Assembly: GCF_004010195.1 (NCBI RefSeq)
Contig: NC_057719.1
Coordinates: 76,676,849 to 76,740,848, forward strand
Direction: 5' to 3'
Source of the DNA: Chiloscyllium plagiosum
Taxonomy: Eukaryota
DNA length: 64,000 nt
The notes beneath the pieces were generated by a model. That model ran no database searches. It saw only the letters and a program-made list of their open reading frames with translations, and was not told where the DNA came from. This document shows positions 50,436-64,000 of this stretch, in pieces. Every line of letters begins with the position of its first letter. The first letter of the stretch is position 1. The translations under genes and the position numbers were made by a program.

Positions 50436-51038
50436 CATGGGGCTTCAGTAATGTTTCCTTCTTTATAGCCATAATTCTATGATTCCATGATTCTGGGATG
50501 TGGGCGGTGTGGGGAAAAGAGCTGTTCTTTAAATATAACCCCAGCAGGCTACATTCAAATGTTGAGAAGAAGCAATGTGTTCCAATATACTAACTGTAGG
50601 AACACACAAATGCTGGAACTATAGAAATAATAATATACCGAAAGCTCAAACAAGGACCACTCATCAAAAGCGGTAACTCACTTGGAAAAGATACCCTTGT
50701 ATCCAATAGATCTTCTCACAAGTTTCTGAATTTGAATGGTGGCCATGATTACCTATACATCTTTGCACACCTCTTTAATCTCACAAAAACACACTCAAGA
50801 GCAGTCAAAACAGTTTGAGTGGAAACACCCAAGAGTGAGATGGAAAGTTACCAGGGGATCTTACTTGGGCAGGAAGCTGAAAATCAACTTTCCAATGCAA
50901 GACAAAATTACAATAGTAAATTCTTAATGGCTTGAAGGCAGATTGAGGTGCACAAATAATCCTTTTGCATGTATTTGCCTGTCACACATGCTCATCACAA
51001 ACCAATTTTGTCATAATTAAGTGCACCTTTCAAATCAG

Positions 51039-51096
51039 GTGAATGAGAAATATATGCTTTCAGATTCACAAACTATATATACATGGTGCAATGCAG
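51039..51096 (+). CDS. Candidate exon of unidentified host gene (VNEKYMLSDSQTIYTWCNA)
   Basis: Acceptor cacctttcaaatcag and consensus donor CAG|GTGAGT, phase 0 to 1. Confidence 0.55.
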
Positions 51097-53276
51097 GTGA
51101 GTGCTTTTCTTTTTCCTCTTTGGGGAGTGAAAGGCCATGATAGAGATCAGGTGACTGAAGGCAATAGCCAACATGCAAGCCCCTGAGGTGGACAGTCTAA
51201 AGGCACAATACAGGACTGTCAAAGAGAGAGAAGGAGGCTGTAGTCTAAGGCTCTTGAGGCAGAGCTTTCCGAGGCAAGGGTGGGGTAGGGGAGAGAGAGT
51301 GAGAGAGAGAGAGATAGAAAGAATGGGAAGGTGACAGTGCTGATATATGGGGAGGGGTAAGTGTTGCCCTTTAAGGATGTGGTCTCATTGTCAATGGGTG
51401 GTGGCTTCTGGGTTGTGAATGGTTGGAGAGAGATTATTTTTACGGACTCAATTGGGGCTATCAATGGTACGGTTCAGAGAATTGCATTTGGACAATAGTC
51501 ACCATGAGAGCGATGCAGTAGGTGGCAAGTCCAAGGTCATGATCACCTATCGATGCTACAGGGGGGAGGAAGGAGAATAAAGTGAATAAAATAGATGGCA
51601 TGGATAATGGGAAGGGTCAGGGTTGGTTGGGTACGGGTCAGGAACAGATTGAGGATCAGAGTGGAGAGAAGGAAAGCAGACATTGATGGATGTAGGGTCA
51701 TGAGTAATGACAACAGAGAGGAATAGTTATTTTGGTTGGATCAATAGTAATGTGGGGGTTGGTGGGTCATGCGTAGAGAGGGTATTAGCTAGAGGAGTTG
51801 CTCTGTACTGTGACATGCATGATCCCTCCAACCGTTTATTGGGAATGCCTTTGCTGTGAAAGTGGGAGCCAGACATTTTTTAAGTAGTTGGAGTTAATGA
51901 TGGGCAATCTTGAATAACAACAGGGAAAACCATTTATAGTTTAAAATCCATGGTCAAGTGCATTCACAATCTAGGGTCAATTTCAAAACACAGAGGGCAG
52001 AACCATCCCTTCCACTGAATGACGTGGGCATTGATGATAAATTCGGGAATATCACATGAGGTGGGCAATAAGGAGACCCTTAAAGTTAAGAGCAAAATGT
52101 CCCACTTTCCAACCAACTCTTAAAACATGAGACAAAAATCTTGCCAGTGAACAGAGAGACTCCTATTTGCAAGCATTAATATCCTCATTATTACCTAATT
52201 ATTACCTAATATCCCCGTTATTATCTAATCCAGCCTCATTTACATGCAGTTTCCCAATAATACACTAGATAGAGACAATTTCATCATGAAAGTTAGAGTT
52301 GGTGCATGGCAACTCGAGCTCACTGCTTGCTCCTCCTACTTGGTCACCAGTCACCAACATCACCAACACTAGCAAGATAGCTCTGCCTTTCAGTGCTGCA
52401 ATTTGGAGCCCACTGGCAGCTTTTATTGCAATTCTTTTGCCAGGTCACTTTGTGCAGAGGGACAGGTACACCGATTGGATCAGATGGCATCTCAAAGCTC
52501 CTCACTTGCTTTTTTAGCAAACTTAGTTTGGGCACAATTCGATGCTCCACTCACAGATTCTCTGCCTTGCCTTACCTTATCTTGCCTTTTTAGAACTTTG
52601 CTCCCTCAGCCAGAGCTTAAAAGCTCATGGTACCTCTGTCATGCCTTATGTTTAAGTGCAGAGACACAAAGCCAGGCAGGTTGTTGTGATTGTCAGCAGG
52701 CATTGGTCAAAGGAGGTTAATATGTTGCTACATGGCACTATGCTATTTCAATCTCCCATCTCTGTGTGTCAGCAGAGTATGCAACAAACACACTGCATGA
52801 GCTTCAGCCAAATGGCCATGTTCCAAACTCTAAACAGTGTAGCTCTCATTAAATCAAAGGAAAGTACAGAGCAGTAAGTCAAGTGCACTGTCTGATATCA
52901 GTCCAGGGGCTTGGGCACATGGAGTCATCTGCTTGGGATAATAAGGGCCAGGGCATGTATGTCACTCCAGTCCAGGAGTGGGCCACAGTCAGCACTGCAA
53001 GTTTTAGTGAAATCAGTCTGGGGAATGGTGACAAGTCAGTTGGGGAACTGCACAGAGTAGTCAGGGGATGGGCCGAGAAGGAGGATGAGGACATTGATCT
53101 GACCAGATTCTCAGTGGCCATGAATATTTCCACAGATTGGCCGGGCACTGTTCAGGCAGCATTACAACTGAGTTATCATTGGATTGTGGGAGAATAGTTA
53201 ACTAGAAGTGGTTGCAAATCCTGGGGAGGGGTTTTGACAGTTGGAGATAAAAAGGGAATGAGGCTCACAGAACTGT

Positions 53277-53607
53277 TTTTAGATTAGATTAGATTACATT
53301 ACATTACATTACAGTGTGGAAACAGGCCCTTCGGCCCAACAAGTCCACACCACCCCGCCGAAGCGCAACCCACCCATACCCCTACATTTACCCCTTACCT
53401 AACACTACGGGCAATTTAGCATGGCCAATTCACCTGACCTGCACATCTTTGGACTGTGGGAGGAAACCGGAGCACCCGAAGGAAACCCACGCAGACACGG
53501 GAAGAACGTGCAAACTCCACACAGTCAGTCGCCTGAGTCGGGAATTGAACCCGGGTCTCCGGCGCTGTGAGGCAGCAGTGCTAACCACCGTGCCACCGTG
53601 CCGCCCA
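53277..53607 (-). mobile_element. HE1-like SINE, full length and young-looking
   Basis: Intact A and B boxes, retained CpGs, and a (TAATG)/(TAATC) tail. Confidence 0.92.
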
Positions 53608-56600
53608 CAAACTGTTGTTGCCCTTTAAAGGAAAAGACGGAAGAAATAGGAACAGGAGTAGGCTATTCATCCCTTGAGCATGCTCCATTATTCAATAGGA
53701 TTATGGCTGATTCACCATTCCTCACATCGTCTTTCCTGCCCTTTCCCCATAACACTTGATTTCCAACTCATCGAGAATCTTTCTGTTTCACCCTTAAATA
53801 TGCACAAGGACTTTCCCCACAGCTCTCTGTGGTAAGGAGCTCCAAAGACTCTCAGCTCTTTGAGAGAAGAAATTCCTCTTCACCTCAGTCTCAAATTGCC
53901 ACCCGTCTATTCTGAGACTACGCCCTCTGGTCCTAAACTTTTCCATAAGGGAAAACATTTACTCTGTCAAGAGAATTTTATACATTTCAATGAGATCACC
54001 TATCATTCTTCCACATTCAATGAGTAGAGTCCCAACCTCTTTAACCTTTGCTCATAAGACAATTCTCCCATGCAGCAATCATCTTCATGAACCTTCTCTG
54101 AACTGCCTCCAATCAAATGACATCTGTCCTTAATTAAGGAATTAAAACTGCTAACAGTGCTCTCGATGTAGCCTCACCAGCATCTTGTACAGTTGCAGTA
54201 AGACTTCCATATACTCCAGGCCCCCAGAGTAAGGGTCAACATTCCATTAACTTTCCTGAGTACCTGTTGTATGGGTGTTTGAGCAAGCTTTCTGTGTTCT
54301 GTGCACAAGTTCCCCTCAATTCCAATGCTCTTTGTGTTGCAGTTTTCTGCAGCTCTGTTTTCTCTGTCTAAGTAATATTCGGTTCTTTTGTTCTCCCTTC
54401 CAAAATGAACAACTTTGCATTTTCCCACATTATACACTATTGGCCAACTTTTTCCCCACTTACTTAATCTAGAGAGCCAATAACTTTGCAACTGGTACTA
54501 TAAATCAACATAGCTCTGCAATCTGGCTTCATGCTGGCATAGAGAGATGATAGGGTTAAAGGGGCATTTATGGCAGCCAAGTTTGTCACCCTTATTAACA
54601 ACACCTTCTTACAGCAGACAGAGCAACTGCACCTCCCAGTCCTGGCTGGTTGCATCAATATTGATAAAACTTCCTGTCTGGTGATAATGGCCAGTGACTG
54701 GAATGAACAAGGATTACTGACTAGTATTGACAAAGATTAGTGGCTGGCATCAATTAGCAGTGTTTGGTAACTGATCTAATGGGGATTAGTGACCAATAGT
54801 GATTACTGACTGGTTCACAGAAATTGGTGAATGGTGGCTGCCTTAATAGGGATTGGTGATTGGTGTTAACAGATTTTGATGGCTGGTTGATTACTGATTG
54901 TAATGGGTTGCCGACAGACTTGAACAGAATGAGCCTTAATGAACCCAAAAACCTCACTTACCTTGTTGTTAGGTTGCCTGTTCCCATGGCATCCTTTCAG
55001 TTGAGTGCAATCCAGTGGAAATGTTACAGTGCAATTCCCCACCTCCCCATCCCAATTTGCTGGCAGCTCCTCTAGTGGAGTCTTGTTCTTTGAAGAGTCA
55101 GGAATCCCTCTAACAATTAATCTGAGAAACACGCCCAGAGGACCCACCAACAGCCAAGGTGAGGGGATAAGGACACTGTGCTGATTCAAATACGGTGCAA
55201 TAAAGACATGAATGTAGCTGATGTACACTATCAATACTTTAAATTCCTCAAAGTGCTATATTCCTTGTAATATAACCATGAAAGACAAGGACAGTATATG
55301 GATGGGGCAATCACCACCTGCAAGTTCCCTGCCATGATACTCATCATCCAGACTTAGGAATGTATCTCCTGCCCTTCGCTATCGCTGGGTTAAAATCCTG
55401 GAATTCCCTCCCTTGCACTCCCCATGTACTTACATCAGATGGACTGCAGCAGTTCAAGATGGTGGCTCATGGGAATTAGGAATGGGTAGTAATCGTTGGC
55501 CTAGCAAATGGCGCCCACATCTAATGAATGAATAAAACTAAATAGTCTGTGTTGAGCTATAAATAAGACAATGGTGGATTTAGCAGAATTATCTTTATTC
55601 CTAAGATAAAACAAAGAAACAAGAGCTATGGATGCTGAAGGTCTGAAAAAAAACAGAAATTGCTGGAGAAACTTAGTAAGTGTGGCAGCATCTGAGGACA
55701 GAAGGTAGAGTTAACATTTCAAATCCAGTGGCCTCTCTTCAGAAGGAATATCTTTATTGCTGTTCACATGCTTCACTGACTAACATCCTCCTTATTCTTA
55801 GAATGTGGAGGGCCCACCCCTAGTAGACCTTGTTTGATACAATTGAGAGAGCAGTTCAAGTACACTCAGTGACACTGGAATCTTACATAAACTTCCTCAC
55901 TCAAAGGTAACAGTGAACAAAAACATTTTCCATCCAACAGTTGAACTGTCGCTTTTGCTGACACAAGCTTTTATCTTGATTTGCAACTGTTTTAAAAAAT
56001 GAAATCGAGTTTTAAAACTTAATTGCTGTGTGATTTGAATTCCCATCCTTTGGGTTAGTAACATAACCATTGCATATCACCCTCAGGGACATCATGTAAT
56101 CTGAAGAGAACCACAGTTGTATCCAATGATTTGAAATGGAATGACTATGGCCTAAATGATTGCTGTGGAATCTTAGACCTTTTCAAGACGTATTGTTTTT
56201 GAGTAAGTTATTGACATTAAATCTTAATGGGCTAACGACAATGCTACAGGTGAAAGATAAGTGACTTAGTTTAACACTAGGTAAAAATGACTTTGTAGGT
56301 GTTATTTGATACCTTTTACATGAATGGGCAATTCATTGCCTGTTTGTTGGGAAGAGGTCTGCAGGGTGACATCTCTCTGGGGCTGGGAGGAAGCTCAGAG
56401 AAGCCAGGGGTTGCTTGATGGCACTTGTGTTCTGTTTCCAATAAGAGCTGCCAGTGAAGAAACCTTCACCCAAGTCACCTGAATTATTCCACACTGATTC
56501 CTACTGATATCCACACACAGCAAATGATGGCTGACTTAGCCATCATCAGTCCCTTTTTGTTTGAAGTGAATGGTTACACAAAGGCTCTGAACTAACTCTG

Positions 56601-56914
56601 TAGAAGCTGATACGCCATCATCCTTCATTTATAGGTGAAAAGTCTTTGACTCTGATCCAGCGCCTTCAGAGCTGGCTGTCAGAGTAAACAGAACCCCTGA
56701 CCCTCCTGTTTATATTTGTCAATCAGCGCTCCCTGTTTGGACCAGATTAACAGCCCCAATCAGGGAACTCATATTCTATGTTATCAATTAGTTGACCTTA
56801 TTACAAGTCACTACAGGTTAGATAACAGGAGTTTGTGCATGGATCTGAAACTTTGACCTCCATGTCAAAGGCATTCACCCTCATTGTTTGTCTTGTTTGC
56901 GTCATATCCAACAG

Positions 56915-56933
56915 TGCAGTTCTTAACTACAAG
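56915..56933 (+). CDS. Candidate 19-nt micro-exon (VQFLTTR)
   Basis: Pyrimidine-rich acceptor ...tatccaacag and donor AAG|GTAACA. Phase 1 to 2 links the neighbouring exons. Confidence 0.5.
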
Positions 56934-57474
56934 GTAACATGCCTGGCTGCAATGAATGGATTAATCAACTACTTACAAATTTCATTTCAAAACGAGCTGT
57001 CCGTGTAACAGGGTCCTGTTCTGGGCTGGAAGCACAAAGATGTACCAAAATAATAGGACCAGGTCTTAGCTGATTAAGTCATAGTTATAGGGATCCTTGT
57101 GGCACTGAAGGAGGTCATTTGGCCCATCAAGTTCATGCTGACTGTCTATAGAGCAGTGTGTTTAGTCTCAATTCCCATCAAATTAGCTCTCTCATGTGTC
57201 AAATTTAATGGCTTTTCTCACCAAAACTAAAAGCGCTTACAGCAGAAGATGACAAGATTATGGCAAGCCATAGTGTACAGTACTCTTACAAATACATTTC
57301 TCTAAACATTCCCCATTTCATAAAAATGCTATTTGTATGCAATACCATTTGCAGCTACAGGTTTCCTATTATCAAGAAAGGAAATGTTCCCTCAGGCTAA
57401 AATACTGCTCAGCCTAGTTATACTTTCATCAGTCTCTGCATATGAATTACATCCATAATCTTTCAATCTTGCAG

Positions 57475-57520
57475 GTATTTTAATGGCACACATGCAAGTT
57501 TTTGGGCACAGTTGGTCTGA
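57475..57520 (+). CDS. Candidate terminal coding exon (YFNGTHASFWAQLV*)
   Basis: Acceptor tctttcaatcttgcag, phase-2 entry, TGA at 57518-57520. Confidence 0.5.
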
Positions 57521-60500
57521 CATCTTCTCATTCCTGGAGTGACATTTCTTCTCCAGGATCATTGGTCCTCAGGTGATTGCTTGCTCACAAACGTAGGAGT
57601 TGTCTTTCAAGCTGGTTTCGAGGGCAGTCGGAACTCTCCTCAGCAGATGTTGAGTTGGTTTCACACTTTCATCAACTTCAAGATGATGTTTACTGGGAAG
57701 ACAGCCAAGACATGTAAAAATATCTTCGCAATTTGTCAGGATAGGTCCAGGTGTCAATCGCCAGTTGCTCGGAAAATGCTGCAAATTCCTTTTGGTATGT
57801 GCAGGCTAACTCTAGACTTGCTGAAATGAAAGATCTTTGCAGATCTTTGCTGTTTCTATCATATTGGGCTTTCACTTCAGTTGTTCCCTTGGGCTGAGTA
57901 CTGCTCCATCACGCCGTTTCAACTCCTTCCCACCCTCCGAAGAGCATCTCAACCAAACTTAGCCACCTATCCTGTTCCTGTAACTCCGCATTTATCATAC
58001 CTGGGCTCATACAGGCATGGGGAGAATGTGCAAACTCCACACAGACAGTCGTCCAAGACCGGAATCAAACCCAGGTTCCTGGAGCTGTGAGGAAGCAATG
58101 CTAACCACTGAGCCAGCCTGCCACTTTATAAGATTGCTTTTCTTCTTTTCAGTCAAATACTCATGTGTAAAGTGATTCAGCTTCATATGGCTCAAGCACT
58201 GCTTTCCCAATGCTAGACATGTTTCCTTTCCTTATGGCTGGCATCTCCTGTAATACTGACATCCCATACTCTGGCCCTGATCTTTTTGCGAATCAATGCC
58301 ATCTTCCATGCTGTGTACCAGCTTGTACTGTGGGTTGGAGGATGGAGCCTCACTCCTCACTGGGTGAAGGGGATAGGGACGAATTTGTAGAGGAAGAAGG
58401 GTAGGAAGATGACCCTCCTGGAGTGGAGGCCAGACCCATAGAGAGATGTATAAGGGAGGCTTGTAACACCCTTAGTCACAACCAATTTCAGAGACCATGA
58501 TAACCTTGAAACCCTACACAATAAAAGGTCCATCCCACATTGGTATTATATGCTCTTACAGATGTTACTCACCATGACCTGGCATCCAGCCTCTCCACAC
58601 ATGATACCAAATTTGAGAGACGAGTAGATTCCACTTTTTTTTCTTTATTCATTCATGGAATGAGGGCATCACTGGTCAGGCAGCATTTATTGCCCAGAGG
58701 GCAATTAAGAGTTAACCTCATTGCTGTGGGTCTGGAATCACATATAGGCCAGATCGGACCAGGATAGCTGTTTCTTTCCCTAAAGCACGTTAGTGGATCA
58801 AATGGTTTTTGTTTGACAATCAACAATGGATTCATGCTCTGCATCAGACTCTTAAATCCAAATTTTTATTGAATTCAAATGCCACCATTTGCAGTGGCAA
58901 GATTTGAACCCCAGAATCTGGCTCCCTGGGTTAACAGGCCAGTAATAATACAACTAGGCCATTACCTCCCTTGCACCCAGTTACAGACAGGGAGATGAAG
59001 CTATCAGAGTATACAGTCCAAATGACAAGAAAACCATTCATTATATCAATGACCCATACTTTGAAGCAACATAATCATTAACTGTGTACAGAGTTGTAAC
59101 ACATGCGGCCAGATATCTGTCCCGTCGTTTTTCTTAGTGCGCTTACACACTTCAACAAGATACGATCTTTGCGCTTGGAATCGTGGTGGAAATGTGAAGT
59201 CAATTAAACGTTTTCTTGACTTGGGTAGGATTTGAAAGTCATCCTCCAGTGACGGCAGCCCTAGAATATCGTAGCATGCAAAAGGCCTCCTGCAGAAGGA
59301 AAGGACCCCGCCCATCCCCCCCTCAGTGACTGCAAGATATTGAAAGTGCTCGAGACACCGAGTGAAGGGCTGTTGTCCACATGGAGCATCCTGATAGGAA
59401 AACACCAGATGCGCTGGCAGCTCTTCCCCCTTGCAAAGCTCAATGGTTGCCCCATGAATTAGAGATGGATGCACATCTGAAGGGGTCCGTAGAAGCACCA
59501 TCCCAACATCCTTCCTACATCTCTTCCTCCTCTCCCCACTTCTTGTGTTGTCATTGCTGCCCAGGACCAAGCAATGCTTTGCAGGTTATGTACATCTTCA
59601 GCATCCAGTGAGAGGTATCCTGGATCTGGCTGTCCATGAGAGTTGCCAATCCTTCAATGGATGAAGGCAAGTAGGCAAATCACAGAGATATGGTAGCACT
59701 CCTCCTGAGAGATGAAGTCACTGCAGCTTCCTGACTTTCTGGAGCACAGAAATCTATCTGAGAGAAAACAGAGAGTTAGGGATAAGACCCCTACATCTTC
59801 CTCTATAATCGAAGTTTGCCATCCATATCCATTTCTCTCAACCCTGATCTCCAGCATCTGCAGTCCTCACTTTCTCCTGTCCATATCCATTTGTCCAGTA
59901 GTAGACACATGAGCTGACAGCTTCTTCTCCCTTCAGTTGCAACTCCAGACTTGCCATCTGTGATTGCCCAACCACGCTGCATCTTTGCCCATTCAAGGAC
60001 CTCCTCATCTGTAAGTGCCAGCAGGTGAATCAATGATAATGCACCATCAGTCTTGGCTTCTCCTTGCTGTTGTGAGCTGTTTAACCTGCTGGAAAAAGCA
60101 GAAATGGTATTAGTCTCCACGTAATGGTCAGCTGGATATACTGAGGGTATCGCTCTGTCACGTCACAGAGGCTGCTGCAGTGACCTTAGAGGATGCAGAG
60201 TGTTCCAGTTTAGCTGCCAGTTAAAGATGGCACCAGCACTTGTCTTTTCATCAGCTGACATGGCAATTGATGTCTTTCTGCCCACTCTACCATGTGATTG
60301 GACAGACTACACACCTCCATCTTGCAAATTGCCCAGCCATTTACATTCTTCCCAGTCAACAGCATGCCCACTTCTAGCTCTGTTGTCATAACCCCAGCCA
60401 CAGTAATTAAATTCAACCCACCTCAATAAGCACCATTGCTGCTTGATTAAAAAAAGGTATATTTTATACCTGACCCACATTATCTGCTCTGGAAGGGCTC

Positions 60501-62402
60501 AATGTCATATTCTGGGGAAAACCTGGCTTTCATACTCAATGAGCATCATTACCTGATCCCCAAGAAAAATAGAGGGGAGAGTTTTCTGTAAGTTTAGCTC
60601 TACAACTTGGCACTCAAAGTAAATGGATGGGAGAGGAACTTGATAACCTCAAAGCCTCAGACAGTTATTTTCTAAACTTCATTCTTTCAGATTGTGGCTC
60701 TATCTTTGTCCTACTCCAAAATGCAAACAGATAACACTGGAAAAAAACTCAATATGTCAGGAAACGCTAATGGGGAAAACACAAATCTGTTATGGGGTAC
60801 TTGAAAACCCACATCTAGAACATCAACTTTGCCTTCCTCCTCAACCCTCTCCAGAGCTTCAGTAAAGAACTCTATCAGGTTTGTCAAACAGGACTTGCCT
60901 TTAACTAATCCATGCTGAAATTCATTTACAAACTGATCATTTTTTTGAGTGGTACTAATTTTATCTCATATCGTTATTTCTAAAGGTTCCCTACACTAGA
61001 TTGAATGGTTGTGTCTCTGGGTTTTCCCTTTTTGAACAAAATTATGCCACTTACAAGCAAACCTGAACTAAATTAATTTTATTTTCAATTTAATATTTAT
61101 AGTCTAGCTGAATAAACTATTGAAATAATTGGAGGAAATGTTACATTTTGTGGATGAAGTAGGAAGTAGTGTGGGGTTGTTGGATATGCAAGCAAATTCT
61201 CCATTCATTCATGGGATGAGGGCTCGTTAGCAGTTATCGTCCATCCCTAATTGCCCATAGAGCAGTTAACAATCAACCACATTACAATGGGTCTGGAGTC
61301 ACATGTAGGCCAGACCAGGTAAGGATGGCAGTTTCCTTCCCTAAAGGGCATTACTGAACCAGATGTGTTCTTTTCCCGACAATCAACAAATTCCAGATAT
61401 TCATTGAATTCAAATTTCACCATCTGCCGTGGCAGGATTCAAACCCTGTTGCCTAGAACAGTATCTGGGTCTCTGGATTAACAGTCTATAAATAATTCTA
61501 CTAGACTATCACCTCTCCAAATAGTGCTCTACAGGAGGTAGCAACGCATGTCCTGAAGAAATTTGTCCTGATTTCAAGGCTTCTGCGGAAACCAACTGTA
61601 CCCAAATATGGGTATAGGCTTCAGCATTCTCGATGAAATACTTTACATTCCTCAACCCTCTCCAGATTGTCATCAAAGAGCAAAAGACAAAATCAAGTTA
61701 GACAAAGACCTTGAACAAATCCTTGCTGAATGTCACTTACAATCCCAATCCAAAGACTGGGAGGACCAGCAGAGGAGACTCAGAGTAGGCTAAGCTACTA
61801 GAAGAGAGAGGGAAGAGGAAGGGGGGAACAGGTCTCAGCAGGACGCTGTATCTGTCCAATGTGTACCACAACAATCATGGTGCTAACAGGTTTATGTTGG
61901 AAGGCTGTTTGCAATTCAACCATTGAGTGCCGAATAACCATGCAGCCTTGTGTTCCTGTCCAATTTTGTTAGCTCTTGAATTTTGTGCTGTGCAATCTGA
62001 ATGATTGAAAAGGTACAGGGTGGAATTTTGGAACTATGCCTGTGGTGGGATTGGAGGTAAGTGGGTTCTGAATTTCCCCTGGAGGGCCGGGAAATTGACT
62101 TTTTCAGATGGATCCACCATGATGCAGGCCATTTCTACAAATAACAGCTCAGGCATGTGACAGATACTCACCCACAAGCAGCAGGTAGCGTTTGAGCCCA
62201 TCCCATGTCAACTGGAGATTTCCAGTTCTCAGCGGCCAAACATAATCAAATAAGGGGCAGTGTACCTATAGGTCAAATCATTATGCTGGTGGGGAGGGAT
62301 GAGCTTCATTGCCCAGTTTCAGCATCCATTCTCCCAGATGGCTGACTTACAGACTTCCACTTGCAGTCCTGTGCTCTCCTCCAAAATGGTGGTCTAGCAG
62401 TT

Positions 62403-63039
62403 TGTGGTTAAAGCCGCTCCATTAACAAGGTTATGGTGTCCTTGGTTGTTTTTCTTCAGAGAGGCCGTAAACGACACAAACTCCGAGAAGTCTGGCGTTG
62501 AAGGGTTTTAGGGCCAATTTGATAACAGCCAACAGATACTGCCTCAGGCAGAAGGCTTTCAAGTTTTTAAAAATAACACTTGTATAATGAAAGGGGAGTG
62601 GCTAGTTCTCCCACCTCAGCTTTTCTCTGGTTTGGTTTGGTTTTGTTTTTAGCAGTAGTGTTATAAAGGTTGCTGGACCTATAGAAGCAGCTCCAAGGCT
62701 GGTACTCTCTCTTTGACATCTATCCTGTAAGACCCTGTGTTTAATTTTACCTTTTGTGTCAAGGAGTGCTTATGGGGATTGTTGCAAGTATTTGGAACAG
62801 CATCATTAAGTTGGGACGATCTGTTGGGTTTTTGGACAGGTTAAGTTATTCAGTATTCTGTTTTCTGTTGTTTGTGTTTCATCCAGTAATCTTGTAAACA
62901 AATTCTGTTTTGTTTAAAACTAAGTGGTTTGCATCTCTCCTGGAATCTCCACTTTGCACCTGTTTAAAACAACTAGCAAAGTTAGGGTCTGGGCTACCTT
63001 CTTGAAATGTTTTAAAGGAATCTGGCCTGGTCCATAACA
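62403..63039 (+). mobile_element. Solo LTR of the same Gypsy family as 579-1203
   Basis: TGTGG...CATAACA, colinear similarity to the LTR at 579-1203 over its whole length, no internal sequence. Confidence 0.85.
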
Positions 63040-63699
63040 CCATTGCATTCTCAATGATTTAAAAAGCGCTGAGAGGGCAAGTCCACCTTAAGACACTCTC
63101 TCTCTCTCTCTCTTCACTGAATTAGCAATCTTTAAGTCCTTCACATTGGGAGGGTCTCTTATTCACCTCCCAGCACTGGCATCGTCCAGTCAAGAATGTT
63201 CAGTTTTGCACAACCCACCTTGGTAAGGATATATTGACATTGGGCGTGCTTTAGCAACAACTCACTGGGATGGAACCTGATTTGAAAGGACAATACTTTA
63301 ACGAATCGTGGGATGAATGTGTGTGGTGAATGTTTCACCTCCAGACTCCACAAAGCCTATCCCCCAAGAGTGTGTGATGGAATACTCTCCACTTGACTGA
63401 ATGCTAGCAGCTCCAAAAACCTCCAAGAATCACCACCATTCAGGATAAAGCAGCTTACTTGATCGACAACTTTTCCACCATCTCAAACATTCACTCCCTC
63501 TCAGATCACAGTGGCAGCAAATGTGTACCACTTACAAGGTACACTGTTGCAGCTCATCAAGATTCATTCAAGCATGCCTTCCAAACCTTTACCATCTGCA
63601 GGACCACAGGCAGTAAATGCGTGAAAATGCAACCACCTTAAAGTTTCCCTCCAAATTGACTTCAGGAAGTGGAGTGATGGACACAGTTCTGTCTGCATC

Positions 63700-64000
63700 A
63701 ATACTTATGAAGTGGCAATGCTTGAGGTGATCGTGAAGTTCCGAGGAGTGATGATCAGTAATAATCTGTCCTGGTCCACCCAGGGCAGAAAGAGAGGTCT
63801 GCAGATACTGGAGATCAGAGTCGAAAAGTATGGTGCACAGTCAGTCAGGCAGCATCTGAGGTGCAGGAGAGTCGACATTTCGACCATTGCATTGACATTA
63901 GGAATGTCGATGCAATGGTCAAGAAAGCACAACAATGTCCCTACTTCCTCAGGAGGCTAAGAAAATTTAGCATGTCCACAAGGAGTCTTCCCATTTTTTA
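63700..64000 (+). mobile_element. Rex1-like LINE RT fragment with a short Penelope-like insert
   Basis: VKFRGVMISNNLSWS...VKKAQQCPYFLRRLRKF. PLE motif GTCAGGCAGCATCTG at ~63845. Confidence 0.6.

Noticed and set aside
579..63039. Two Gypsy LTRs as the ends of one giant 62-kb element
   Set aside because: The first is a 3' LTR (preceded by RNase H and a PPT) and the two are clearly diverged, so they are independent insertions.

Overview
Vertebrate, repeat-rich genomic DNA. The tRNA-derived HE1-like SINEs, CR1 LINEs and Penelope-like elements suggest a shark or other elasmobranch (inference). The main feature is an ~11.1 kb defective endogenous retrovirus on the minus strand (32397-43500). It has paired LTRs, a perfect tRNA-Trp primer-binding site, a polypurine tract, gag ending in an in-frame UGA-CGG, a 2H-phosphoesterase-like domain between protease and RT, RNase H and integrase. 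Its gamma-type env continues in the integrase reading frame. The RT core is replaced by ~2.9 kb of host-type repeat DNA, and the outer LTR ends are non-canonical with no TSD. The provirus appears to lie antisense inside a large intron of an unidentified + strand host gene, for which 6-7 small phase-compatible exons can be read by eye. The rest is a mosaic of Gypsy LTRs, CR1, Tx1-like, Penelope-like, pogo and Harbinger-like fossils, SINEs and a decayed tRNA-Glu. All calls are from manual reading; no database search was run.
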